Positions 39,636-49,370 of a stretch of 64,000 nucleotides of DNA are shown here, one piece after another. The notes beneath the pieces were generated by a model. That model had not been told where the DNA came from and did not search any database. It saw only the letters and a list, made by a program, of their open reading frames with translations. The translations under genes were made by a program, and so were the position numbers. The number at the start of each line of letters is the position of its first letter. Position 1 is the first letter of the stretch. Location: NCBI GenBank assembly GCA_021822495.1, contig JAKAQO010000001.1, positions 264,808 to 328,807 on the forward strand, written 5' to 3'. Source of the DNA: a bacterium (GTDB lineage: Bacteria; Elusimicrobiota; Elusimicrobia; UBA1565; UBA9628).

Positions 39636-40673
39636 CTATGCCGCCACGGTCCACGTCTCGGACCCTTTAAGCAACTTTTCTAAATCTACGGAAGACGATT
39701 TTTTCGCCTCGGAAATTTGGCCCTCCATCATCTCATGAAGAACAGGCCGAGAAACATTGCGAAACACTCCTTGGGGAACCGGGAAATTCGGCCGTTCCAT
39801 GTGAGACAACAGATAGGCCAAGGGAGCCGAGGTCTCATCATGGACCAAAATATCGGCGGGTATTTTGCCCGGCTCAAATTCGACCACCTCCAGATTCCAA
39901 TTCTTAAGCCGAATGCCTTTGTTTTTGTTTTTTCCAAACACCAAGGGCTTCCCGTGCTCTAAAACCAAATTCGTCTCGCTTTGAAGACTTTTATCCGAGA
40001 CTTCCGCCCACGCCCCGTCATTAAAGACGATGCAGTTCTGGAGAATCTCAATTAAGGCGGAACCCTTATGCTTGGCGGCCTTATCTAAAACCAAAGACAA
40101 GGCATTAAGATCCGTATCCACGGCCCGCGCCACAAACGTGGCTTCAGAGGCAAGGGCGACCGCAATCGGGTTCAGCGGATAATCAATCGAACCGTAAGGA
40201 GTTGATTTCGTCTTTTTCCCAATTTCAGAAGTCGGAGACAATTGCCCCTTGGTCAAGCCGTAAATGCGGTTGTTAAACAGGAGAATTTTAATATCGGCGT
40301 TGCGTCTTAGGGCATGAATGAGATGGTTTCCCCCAATCGAAAGTCCGTCGCCATCGCCGGTGACGACCCAAACCATAAGGTCAGGCCGAGCGCATTTAAG
40401 CCCGGTCGCCAAGGTTGGCGCGCGTCCGTGTATTGAATGAAATCCATAGGTGTTCATGTAATAAGGAAACCGGGACGAACACCCAATTCCCGAAACAAAG
40501 ACGATTTTCTCGCGCGGAATGCCCAAGCTTGGCATGAGTTTTTGAACCGTGGCCAAAATAGCGAAGTCTCCGCAGCCGGGACACCAACGCACCATCTGAT
40601 CGGAAACAAAGTCCTTGCGGGATAAAACCGGTCCCGAAGCCGGAAGATTTTCAATTTCCTTTTCGTTTTCCAT
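39636..40673 (-). CDS. korB: 2-Oxoglutarate:ferredoxin oxidoreductase beta subunit (TPP-binding)
   Basis: 'WCPGCGDFAIL' and 'GDGDGLSIGGNH' TPP motif. Confidence 0.85.
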   Translation of the reverse strand: MENEKEIENLPASGPVLSRKDFVSDQMVRWCPGCGDFAILATVQKLMPSLGIPREKIVFVSGIGCSSRFPYYMNTYGFHSIHGRAPTLATGLKCARPDLMVWVVTGDGDGLSIGGNHLIHALRRNADIKILLFNNRIYGLTKGQLSPTSEIGKKTKSTPYGSIDYPLNPIAVALASEATFVARAVDTDLNALSLVLDKAAKHKGSALIEILQNCIVFNDGAWAEVSDKSLQSETNLVLEHGKPLVFGKNKNKGIRLKNWNLEVVEFEPGKIPADILVHDETSAPLAYLLSHMERPNFPVPQGVFRNVSRPVLHEMMEGQISEAKKSSSVDLEKLLKGSETWTVAA

Positions 40674-42542
40674 TTATGATCCCCTTAAAACGCTCTCGAC
40701 AAAGTTTTCGATTTCCGCGATTTTAAACGGTTGCCCTTTAACCTTATTCAACCCAATCGCCGGAATAGCGAATTTAGCGCGAATGACCTTGAGAAGTTGC
40801 CCCAAATTCATCTCCGCGACTACAATTTTTTCAAAACCCGCCAGCAAATCTCCCAAATCAGAGGGAAGCGGATTTAGATAGCGTAAATGAATCGCCGACA
40901 CCGGTTCTTTTCTCGCCTGTAAATTCTTAACGGCCGCGGAAATAGCGCCGTAAGTGCTTCCCCATCCAATGACCAGAACTTTTCCCTTAGGGGAACCGAG
41001 AACCTGGGTCGGAGGAATTTCCTGGCTGATTTTATTTACCTTGGCCGCCCGCAAACGAACCATCTTCTCGTGGTTCTCCGGATCATAACTGACATTGCCG
41101 GTCACTTCTTGTTTTTCAATTCCCCCGATTCGATGCTCATAACCCGCAAGGCCTGGAGCGGCCCAAGGGCGAGCCAAGGTTTTCTCATCTCTGAGATAAG
41201 GTTTAAATTGGTCCTTGGCCGGAAGAGACGCCATCACGAATTTTTTGATATCGGAGACGCTCGGGATTTTCCACGGCTCGGAACCGTTGGCAAGATATCC
41301 ATCCGTTAAAAGAAAGACGGGGGTCATATATTTAATGGCGATGCGACAAGCCTCTATGGTCGCGTCAAAACAGTCCGAGGGGGTTGAAGCCGCAATGACC
41401 GGGACCGGGCTTTCGCCGTTTCGGCCGTAAAGGCACTGCAAAAGATCCGCCTGTTCGGTCTTGGTTGGAAGGCCGGTCGAGGGACCGCCGCGCTGAACGT
41501 CTAAAATCACAACCGGAAGTTCCGTCATGACCGCCAGCCCAATCGCCTCGGATTTAAGAGCGACTCCCGGGCCGCTGGTTCCCGTCACCGCCAAGCGCCC
41601 ACCGAAGGACGCGCCAATGGCGGAGCCGATAGCGGCAATCTCATCTTCCGCCTGAAAGGTTTTAACTCCAAAAGCCTTGTGCTTGGAAAGTTCATGTAGA
41701 ACGTCGGAAGCCGGGGTAATCGGATAAGAACCGTACCACAATTCCAATCCCGAAGCCTGGGATGCCGCGATAAAACCCAAGGCCGTCGCCTCATTTCCAG
41801 TAATGTTGCGATAAAGCCCCGGAGCCAAGGACGCTTTTCTCACTCGGTAGTGGAACCCAAATATCTCGGCTGTCTCGGCATAGGAGTTTCCAGCGAGAAG
41901 GGCTTTTTTATTCGCTTCCACTAATAAAGGAACCTTTTTAAATTTAGATTCAATCCACTTTAGCGTCCCTTCCATCGGGCGATCGTAAAGCCAATACATC
42001 ATTCCCAGGGCAAAAAAGTTTTTGCAGCGCTCCACCTGAACCTTGGTTAAGGCCAGACCGCTTAAGGCGTTTCCGGTCATCCTGGATAAGTCAACCTTAA
42101 TTACGCGAAAATCCGATAAGGAACCGTCTTCAAGAGGGTTTTTCTCGTAGCTAACCTTCGTTAAATTCTGCGCGGTAAAGGAATCCACGTTCGCAATCAA
42201 AATTCCGCCCTTTTTCAGATCTTTGACGTTCGCTTTCAAAGCGGCCGGGTTCATCGCCACCAAAACGTCGGGGGCATCCCCGGGGGTCAACACTTCTCTG
42301 GAACTAAAATGAATCTGATATCCCGAAACGCCCGGGAGCGTTCCAACAGGAGCGCGAATTTCCGCGGGATAATCCGGCAAGGTCGATAAATCGTTTCCCG
42401 CGAGAGCGGTTGAGGTCGTAAATTGCATACCCGTCAATTGAATTCCATCCCCTGAATCGCCCGCAAAGCGAATCGTCACCGATTCGAGTTCCTCCACGGG
42501 GCTGGTCTGGGTTTGGGGCGCGTCTTTAGATTGAATGGTCAT
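40674..42542 (-). CDS. korA: 2-Oxoglutarate:ferredoxin oxidoreductase alpha subunit with a fused gamma-like N-terminal domain
   Basis: N-terminal 'IRFAGDSGDGIQLTG' (gamma domain) plus the POR alpha domains. Immediately upstream of korB-sucCD. Confidence 0.85.
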   Translation of the reverse strand: MTIQSKDAPQTQTSPVEELESVTIRFAGDSGDGIQLTGMQFTTSTALAGNDLSTLPDYPAEIRAPVGTLPGVSGYQIHFSSREVLTPGDAPDVLVAMNPAALKANVKDLKKGGILIANVDSFTAQNLTKVSYEKNPLEDGSLSDFRVIKVDLSRMTGNALSGLALTKVQVERCKNFFALGMMYWLYDRPMEGTLKWIESKFKKVPLLVEANKKALLAGNSYAETAEIFGFHYRVRKASLAPGLYRNITGNEATALGFIAASQASGLELWYGSYPITPASDVLHELSKHKAFGVKTFQAEDEIAAIGSAIGASFGGRLAVTGTSGPGVALKSEAIGLAVMTELPVVILDVQRGGPSTGLPTKTEQADLLQCLYGRNGESPVPVIAASTPSDCFDATIEACRIAIKYMTPVFLLTDGYLANGSEPWKIPSVSDIKKFVMASLPAKDQFKPYLRDEKTLARPWAAPGLAGYEHRIGGIEKQEVTGNVSYDPENHEKMVRLRAAKVNKISQEIPPTQVLGSPKGKVLVIGWGSTYGAISAAVKNLQARKEPVSAIHLRYLNPLPSDLGDLLAGFEKIVVAEMNLGQLLKVIRAKFAIPAIGLNKVKGQPFKIAEIENFVESVLRGS

Positions 42543-42638
42543 TGAAATTCACCTATCTTTATAAATGTCAGTCTTTATCCATACTATAACTCTTTTTCCC
42601 GCCACTTTGAAATATTAGGTCCTTTGCCGGAGTCCGTC

Positions 42639-42654
42639 TGGGCCTTTAGGCCCA
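42639..42654. repeat. GC-rich REP-like hairpin TGGGCCTTTAGGCCCA (second copy) in the divergent promoter region
   Basis: Perfect palindrome sharing the TCTGGGCCTTTnGGCCCA core with 26103..26120. Confidence 0.5.
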
Positions 42655-42688
42655 TACACAAAGGCCCCGGGAATGTTACAACAACTTT

Positions 42689-44320
42689 ATGAACCCACAA
42701 AAACCCCAATCCCTGAAAAATAGAACAATCTTCTTGCTCGGTTCGTTCTTCCTCTCATTTGGACTAATCGCCGGGAAAGCTCAAGGCGAAGCCATTCGCT
42801 CCCCGGAGTCTGTTCCTCAAGAGATTCCGGCTATTTCCATTGAATCTCCCGTAAATCTTAATTTTTCAAACCCGCTGGAAACTTCTCTTAATCCCGATAC
42901 CCCTCTTGACCCCTCTCTAAACTTAATAAGGAAAGATTTGATTGCGCCCCAAATCGAAGAGAAAGCGCCTACTCAAAAGCCTTTGGTCAAGAAATTTCCT
43001 AAGACTATCAAGGATTCCGCGAAGAAGATTTCTCACCAAACAAAGAAGATTTTTGGCGCCGCCTCTCTCCGCTTTTCGCCCAACCAAGACTCAAAACAGC
43101 CGGAAGACCTCTCCGCTTCTCCTTTATTTGACGGGGGTGTTGCCCGCCACGACCAAGAAGCGCGATTGCCTAAGGCCGCTGAAGAGAAATCGTCTTTTAT
43201 CATCAACGACGACGGCGTTCGGATTTCTGGAAAAGCGGCGGAATATTACCGGGAAGTGCATCGCCTCGTTGATCAATACCAAGGGAAAATGGATCTCAGC
43301 GAAAGTTTGGGGGTCATGGACGATTCCTATGCGGACGTTTGGGCCAAAATTAAGATTATCAACCATGTGGCGCCTCAAGAACCTCTGGAAAACATCAATG
43401 AACACATGGATGAAACTTTAACCTGGGTTGACGCTCTGACCCGCATCAATGGACAGAGAACCGCGATCTACACCCACCGGGTTTTTTTCCATCCCTCGCC
43501 CAACCCAAAATCGGAAATCGAAGAAGGAATCCGCCGCGTATCCGGTTACTTAAAGGAAGTCGAAACGGAATTTAAAAAAGGCGGAACGGCGGAACGGCAA
43601 TTGGGCCCCATCGATCGGGTCGTTTTGGGTTTTGACACGCGCGGATACCAAGAAATCAAGAATTTCTTAAAGTCACAGGAAGAGAGCCTCAACAAATCTT
43701 ACGGAAACCGTTTCCGCTTTGTTTATTTGGACGACATCGCCTCAATTCCACAAAACGCGGAAGAGATGCGCAAAGCCTTGAATGAATTGACCGCCCATTA
43801 TGACAAGGATTCACTGCAAAAAATTTCAGAAGGAGTCATCTATAGCCGCTACACCGGGCTTCTTTTGGAGCTTAAGACGCTCGAACACTACTACAAAGAA
43901 AATTACCAAATACTCCAAAGCGGGCACGAACTCTTTGATCCCGAAGGCCGTTATATCACGGAAATTGACGCTCTCGTTAAAAGCCCGGAAGGAACAACCT
44001 ATCTCGTGGAGGCCAAATCCTCTCGCGTTCTTCTAACCAAGGAACGCGTTCTGGAAGGAAAAGTTCTTTACAAACTCGAAACCTACAAAAAAAATCAAGC
44101 TCTCATTGAAAAAGAAACCGGAGCGCCTCTCAATGTCGTCTTCGCGATGGACCTCGGAATCTCTCAAGACGGAGGAAGAAGCCACGGCAAACAAGCCGAA
44201 AGAATCCGCCGACAAAAAGAGTTGATGGAGTTTCTTAAACAGCAGGCCCCCGTTTTAAGCCGCCGCTACGGCTTTCCCGTCTCATTCCTTTTCATTGACG
44301 GCGGCCCCAGCGCTCGCTAA
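42689..44320 (+). CDS. Secreted or membrane-anchored hypothetical protein with a C-terminal PD-(D/E)xK-like motif
   Basis: N-terminal hydrophobic segment. C-terminal 'ELFDPEGRYITEIDALVKSPEGTTYLVEAKSS' gives a D…ExK spacing typical of restriction-endonuclease-fold nucleases. Confidence 0.5.
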   Translation: MNPQKPQSLKNRTIFLLGSFFLSFGLIAGKAQGEAIRSPESVPQEIPAISIESPVNLNFSNPLETSLNPDTPLDPSLNLIRKDLIAPQIEEKAPTQKPLVKKFPKTIKDSAKKISHQTKKIFGAASLRFSPNQDSKQPEDLSASPLFDGGVARHDQEARLPKAAEEKSSFIINDDGVRISGKAAEYYREVHRLVDQYQGKMDLSESLGVMDDSYADVWAKIKIINHVAPQEPLENINEHMDETLTWVDALTRINGQRTAIYTHRVFFHPSPNPKSEIEEGIRRVSGYLKEVETEFKKGGTAERQLGPIDRVVLGFDTRGYQEIKNFLKSQEESLNKSYGNRFRFVYLDDIASIPQNAEEMRKALNELTAHYDKDSLQKISEGVIYSRYTGLLLELKTLEHYYKENYQILQSGHELFDPEGRYITEIDALVKSPEGTTYLVEAKSSRVLLTKERVLEGKVLYKLETYKKNQALIEKETGAPLNVVFAMDLGISQDGGRSHGKQAERIRRQKELMEFLKQQAPVLSRRYGFPVSFLFIDGGPSAR

Positions 44321-46584
44321 TTTTTTGATGGGGAAGACGCTGGAACTTTTTTCTTAATCTTTTTCTTGACGGCTTTGCGTTTTTTCCAATTCTTATTCTT
44401 TGAACGTTTTTTCCCGCGGAGAGGTTTTTTCTCCGGAATTTGAACGCGTTTCTTAATGGAAGGAGAACCATAAGCTCTCTGAATCTGGTAATGGGGGAAA
44501 TATTGGGCGAGAATCGCGCGCCAATCTCGGCCCAGACTCGCTTGGCCCAAGGCTCCGTTTTTGCAAAGCCCAAGACCGCTCCCAGTTCCCGCTCCCCACA
44601 GAATAAAAAATTGGACAAATCTTCCGTCCTTGACGGGGGTTACTGTGAAAAGACTCGAACGCAATGAATGAGGAGACAACGCTTTTTGAATTTGAGAAAA
44701 TCCCTCGGCCGTCCACCTTCCCTTGGCTCCGATCACGGTCATCTGCAAAACCCGGCCGGTTTTCGAGCGACGATCAATTCGAATGCGCTTAATTTTTCCA
44801 ATATCCTCAAAGGCTTGAATTCTTTGCCGGATGAAATCCGCTGGAATAATTCTCACCCAACGGGAAAAAGTTTGTTTGACCGCCGCGGCATTTGAAAAGA
44901 GACTGTCGGGCGGAAAACCGTGAATCCAACGTTCCAAATCTGCCGGAGAAGCGGGGGCAATGAGCGCAGTCGGCGCATCCGCGACCGAAGTCAAGTGTTT
45001 AAGCGTCGGATCCGGATAATCAGAGCCGTCTTCGGTAAACCCTCCGCAATCCTCGTTCCACTCAACCTTGGCTACGCGCCCGTTGTAAGACAAGACCTCC
45101 CCCAATGTTTCCTGAACGCCCTTGGTCGCCCGGCTCATTTCAGAAGTGACCCCGCGATAACTCTGACAAGTGGAAGAGTCGCAGATATCGGTTTTCTCCA
45201 AATTAGGCCGCCCTAAACTTTTATACCACAAGGCCGTCGTGCGAGCGACCACCGCTTCAGCCTCCTGGGCCGCCATCGGGCTTTGCCCGCCCATAGCGCG
45301 GCCGACCACTCCATAGAGATAATCCTCAACCCCGGTTTCATTGACCAACTTAAACCCGCGGGGATTGGGAAAGACTTCAACCATACCGCGTAATTCACGG
45401 TCCCCGGAATCAAATCCGATCGTATTTGAGAAATGAGCGCTTTTGAGAAGAATCGAACCCAAAGAACCGGAAGAAGGAATAATTTTAAACGGTTCCTTAC
45501 TTGTATATTCGATATTGTCCTCGGTATCGCGAACCTCGATGAGCCCGTTTTCTGATTCAAAAGAAATCTGCCATTGATTATAGGGCGCAATATTATCGCG
45601 AATGACTTCGCCGTTGTGGGACACGATTTTAAACGAACGGTTGGTCATAAAATAGACTCTCGTCATGGTATGCGGCCGCCCTTTTTCTCCGCAAAAAAGC
45701 GCGACTCGAATGGTGGGGCTGGAAACATCTTCTTCCGTTGAAACATCCCCCGACAAAAAAGGACGGGATATCCGCCTTTCCGGAAGAATTTGGCTTGGCG
45801 GCTCCGCCAGATATTTCTGTATGGACTTGAGAATTTTAGCGAAAAAGACATTTCCTGGGTCCAAAGCCGAAAGATGATGATAAAGAATCCAAGCGTCTTT
45901 GTTTTCCCCAATTTTAAATTCCAGCCGGGCCAAATCAACCATGGCTTCAAAATTAAAAAGGTCCAGGCTCACGCTTTGATTAAAGGCGGCTAATGCCGCT
46001 TCCGGGTTTCCTAGGCGCAATTCCGTCCCCCCGGTCTTGTCATAAGCGACCGATAGAGTATACGGACTTTTAGTCAGACAAAGTCCGAAAGGCTTCACGG
46101 CCAACTTTGGGTGTCCATCCAAATTTTCCGCAACCCCCATTCCCAAATAGGCCTCCGCCTGTTGGGCCGAATTTAAGGAATATTTCAGCGCTTGAGAAAA
46201 AGCCGCCTTCGCTTCCCGATAATTTCCCGCGGAGAGATACCCCCAGCCTTCCTGATTGAAAACAAACCCATCCGCGTCGGAGTTTAAAGAAGCTCTCAGC
46301 CAATGGGCCAAAGCCTCATCATTACGGCCCAAATCCCGGTCTAAAATCGCCAGATTCTCATCCGGGCGATCAACACCGGAACCCATCACTTCCAAATAAC
46401 GGTAAGAATTTTTAGCGTCTTTAAAGCGACCTTCAAGAAACGCTTGATAGCCTTCCTTGCGGACGCCTTCAACTTCCGAGTCAATGCGGGTTTGGACGGT
46501 TTGGGTGGACGCGCTCGGAGTTTTTGCCAAGACGGAGGAATGCGCGAATAATAACGCCGCCCACAAAAACCAAGATCGGCTCAT
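44317..46584 (-). CDS. TPR-repeat plus SpoIID/LytB-domain protein with a Lys-rich C-terminal tail
   Basis: Signal peptide, TPR-like N-terminus, 'YLYGVVGRAMGG…AQEAEAVVARTTAL' SpoIID/LytB core, and a 'KKRSKNKNWKKRKAVKKKIKKK' tail. Confidence 0.7.
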   Translation of the reverse strand: MSRSWFLWAALLFAHSSVLAKTPSASTQTVQTRIDSEVEGVRKEGYQAFLEGRFKDAKNSYRYLEVMGSGVDRPDENLAILDRDLGRNDEALAHWLRASLNSDADGFVFNQEGWGYLSAGNYREAKAAFSQALKYSLNSAQQAEAYLGMGVAENLDGHPKLAVKPFGLCLTKSPYTLSVAYDKTGGTELRLGNPEAALAAFNQSVSLDLFNFEAMVDLARLEFKIGENKDAWILYHHLSALDPGNVFFAKILKSIQKYLAEPPSQILPERRISRPFLSGDVSTEEDVSSPTIRVALFCGEKGRPHTMTRVYFMTNRSFKIVSHNGEVIRDNIAPYNQWQISFESENGLIEVRDTEDNIEYTSKEPFKIIPSSGSLGSILLKSAHFSNTIGFDSGDRELRGMVEVFPNPRGFKLVNETGVEDYLYGVVGRAMGGQSPMAAQEAEAVVARTTALWYKSLGRPNLEKTDICDSSTCQSYRGVTSEMSRATKGVQETLGEVLSYNGRVAKVEWNEDCGGFTEDGSDYPDPTLKHLTSVADAPTALIAPASPADLERWIHGFPPDSLFSNAAAVKQTFSRWVRIIPADFIRQRIQAFEDIGKIKRIRIDRRSKTGRVLQMTVIGAKGRWTAEGFSQIQKALSPHSLRSSLFTVTPVKDGRFVQFFILWGAGTGSGLGLCKNGALGQASLGRDWRAILAQYFPHYQIQRAYGSPSIKKRVQIPEKKPLRGKKRSKNKNWKKRKAVKKKIKKKVPASSPSKN

Positions 46585-46588
46585 CGGT

Positions 46589-47080
46589 CTAGGGACTGCT
46601 GATCCTCAGCACGATTCGATTCGCGATATTGGGCAGGGATTGCGCGCGCTGAACCATCTCTTGAATGTCTTGAACCAGATACCAGGCTTCGATTTTATAC
46701 TCCGCTTCCCGCATATGTTGGTGGGCAAGCAAGGCCTTATCATGCAAGGCCTTGACATCCCGGTTAAGCCGTTCACAAACTCTCATCAAAGACTGCGCGG
46801 CCTTGACCGAAGATTCATCGTAGACGGCGACGCGCTCAATCGCTCCCACCTGATTGGGCACGGCAGCGACATCAAAGCCAAAACGCCTTATTTCCTGGCG
46901 GAAATGCTGAAGGTCGGAACCAAACATCATATCGGGATTTTTATGACCATTTTTGACGCTCGCGGAAATTCTCTGGGCGCGGAAAAGAAGTTCTTCTAAG
47001 CGCGCGCTTTGGACGGAAACGCGATCGCAAAGAATGCCCAGGCTCCCTTCCACCTGCCGCAAAGCGCGATCTGTTTCCAT
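46589..47080 (-). CDS. Hypothetical 163-aa protein, middle gene of a three-gene operon
   Basis: Tight spacing (4 nt and 10 nt) with the flanking genes. No recognisable domain. Confidence 0.5.
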   Translation of the reverse strand: METDRALRQVEGSLGILCDRVSVQSARLEELLFRAQRISASVKNGHKNPDMMFGSDLQHFRQEIRRFGFDVAAVPNQVGAIERVAVYDESSVKAAQSLMRVCERLNRDVKALHDKALLAHQHMREAEYKIEAWYLVQDIQEMVQRAQSLPNIANRIVLRISSP

Positions 47081-47090
47081 GGGTTCAACC

Positions 47091-49193
47091 TCAAGGTTTA
47101 AGCAACTGATCCAACTCTTGATTCTGGTTTTGTCCAGATGTTGGCGCCGCTTGCGGCTGAGCCGCGGGAGAAGAGCTTGGAGCCGGCAACGGCGAGGAAT
47201 TTCCAGTCGCCGATTGCGGATTTGGAATTCCCGGCATGATGTCGCCTTTTTTCATTTTCTTAACTGGGGATTTTTTGGCAACAGATTTCTTTTTCGCAAC
47301 AACCTTCTTTTTTAAGGCAACCTTCTTTTTTCTGCGCGCAAGAATTTTCTTTTTGGCTAAAGGACGCTTTTTTGCTAATTTTCTCTTAACCAAAGGAACC
47401 TGGGATTTTCCGGACAACAAATCCAACGCCGCTTGATTTTGTCCAACCACTTTTTGAAGAGACAAATCCGCCTGAAACTCGTAGGATTTTTGCGTTCCGT
47501 TCATCGCGGGCGGAGTTTGATAATTGACCTGATAAAGATTATCTTTTATCTTCTCGGCGCTCCAAGGACTCAAATCTCCCAAGGGGCCGCTAGCCGTCGC
47601 CCCCAAGGCTTCGGAAATGGTTTTCCCACCCAAAGAGATCGGCCAATTTTGGACCAGTTTAATCGCGGAATCTTTAAAAGATTGGTCCTGATCTGGAGGA
47701 AGTGGGGCCGGGGTCGGAGACGAAGCAGACGCTTGAGCGGCTACGGGAGACTGATTGGGCATGGAAAGCGACGATGCCGCCGAAGAAGCAAGAGGCAAAC
47801 TCAGCGCAACGGATTTTGGTTTAGATAACTCTAAGCCCGGAATAAGGCCTAAAACGTAAGCCAGAGCGAACAAGACACCCCCTGCGAGCGCGAAAATTAA
47901 AACCCAGACTCCTTTCCTGCTTTTTTTCTGCGCTTTGACCGGGGCTTCTGTGGATTCAGAGGGAAACCCGCCAAGAGAAGAGCTATCTGGAGGTGCCGAA
48001 ACGGCCTGAACCCCCAAGGGAATTTCCGCCCCCGCTGAAGCGCCTGGATCAATCAAACTGTCTCCAAGACCCGGAGTCTGATTAGTCTCCATTGGCGCAA
48101 CCGGAGACGCAGCCAAATTTGGGTCCGGAATATTGCCTATGGGAAGGATGAAATCCGGAACGGCCTCGGCGCCCGGAATTTGGGAAGTGGATTCTCCCAT
48201 AGGCGCGATTTGAGGCATTTCCGGCATGGACGCAGGTGGCGCAAAAGGAGACGGAGGAAACCCCACGTTGCCGGCCGCAGACCCTTCTAGAGACGCGGAC
48301 TCCAACGGCTGTTCCAAAGGGGTTATCGCGGGAGCCAAAACAGAAGCGGTTGAGCTCAAAGCAAGATCAGCAAACGCCGGAGGGGGAACTGCCGAAACTG
48401 GAGCGGAAGCAAAAGATTCCTGCTTGAGCCTCAACTCCGCGATTTCATCTTTAAGCCCGCCGACCATGCCCCGCAATTCATCCAAAGAGGCGCTCAAGGG
48501 GGCAACCTGCGAAGCTCCCTCGACTTTTTCAGCCAACTCCTGAATTCTGGAGTTCAAATCAGAAATCTTGGCTTCTAACGGCTGAACGCCGTTTTGAGAT
48601 TGCGAAAGAGATTCAAGTTTTTGACTCAGTTCTTCAATCCAACGTTTTTGAGATCGAGTCGCCTCCTCAAGAGAAACTCCCTGGGCGCGGGAATCAACGG
48701 CAATCTTCTCAATACTGTCTTTCAAACCTCCAAAAGACGCGGATATATTTTCCAGGTTTTTAATCCTTTGATCCCACTCCTTGGCTTGCCCATTATCTCC
48801 ATCAAATTTCGTTCGGAACTCATCCAATTCCCTTTTCACGTCTTTGACCGACTCCTGCATCTGGCTTACATTTTGGCCCAGGGCACCCAACTTCTCATGA
48901 ACAGCGCCCAACAAACTGAGTTCCTTGATTAAAAGAGTGTCTCCACTGAATTCCGGGCTTGGGTCGGGCTGACTGGGCGCAAGCTGGCTAGGAACCGGCG
49001 ATTTGGGTTTAGACATGGCCTGTGAAATGGAGGACATCAAGCTCGCCCTTTGCCAATCTCCGGCATCGGTGCCTTGCCGCCCCTCGGGACAAACCAAGGC
49101 ATCTCCGGAAAAATCCGGCCGAGATACGAGTTCTTCTATAGAAAACGGACCCACGACTTGATTATTCTGAAAAATCCAATATCGCTCGCTCAT
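47091..49193 (-). CDS. DUF4339 (GYF-like) N-terminal domain protein with a coiled coil, S/P/A-rich region, TM helix and Lys-rich stretch
   Basis: 'YWIFQNNQVVGPFSIEELVS…GDW' matches DUF4339. Long coiled coil. TM 'VWVLIFALAGGVLFALAYVLGLI'. 'KKRPLAKKKILARRKKKVALKKKVVAKKK'. Confidence 0.6.
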   Translation of the reverse strand: MSERYWIFQNNQVVGPFSIEELVSRPDFSGDALVCPEGRQGTDAGDWQRASLMSSISQAMSKPKSPVPSQLAPSQPDPSPEFSGDTLLIKELSLLGAVHEKLGALGQNVSQMQESVKDVKRELDEFRTKFDGDNGQAKEWDQRIKNLENISASFGGLKDSIEKIAVDSRAQGVSLEEATRSQKRWIEELSQKLESLSQSQNGVQPLEAKISDLNSRIQELAEKVEGASQVAPLSASLDELRGMVGGLKDEIAELRLKQESFASAPVSAVPPPAFADLALSSTASVLAPAITPLEQPLESASLEGSAAGNVGFPPSPFAPPASMPEMPQIAPMGESTSQIPGAEAVPDFILPIGNIPDPNLAASPVAPMETNQTPGLGDSLIDPGASAGAEIPLGVQAVSAPPDSSSLGGFPSESTEAPVKAQKKSRKGVWVLIFALAGGVLFALAYVLGLIPGLELSKPKSVALSLPLASSAASSLSMPNQSPVAAQASASSPTPAPLPPDQDQSFKDSAIKLVQNWPISLGGKTISEALGATASGPLGDLSPWSAEKIKDNLYQVNYQTPPAMNGTQKSYEFQADLSLQKVVGQNQAALDLLSGKSQVPLVKRKLAKKRPLAKKKILARRKKKVALKKKVVAKKKSVAKKSPVKKMKKGDIMPGIPNPQSATGNSSPLPAPSSSPAAQPQAAPTSGQNQNQELDQLLKP

Positions 49194-49370
49194 AGGACCT
49201 CAAAGCCTCCCTTAAATTTTCGCGTCTCAAACAAAAGTATAACAACTCTTCCCCTGAAATCAATGACAAATTTGTTACGCCCGCCTATGCCTTTCCCTCA
49301 TAATCATACGGGCGGCATTGTCCCAACCTTATGGTTATTGAGGAACGGGACTATATTCTATACTTCTCTT

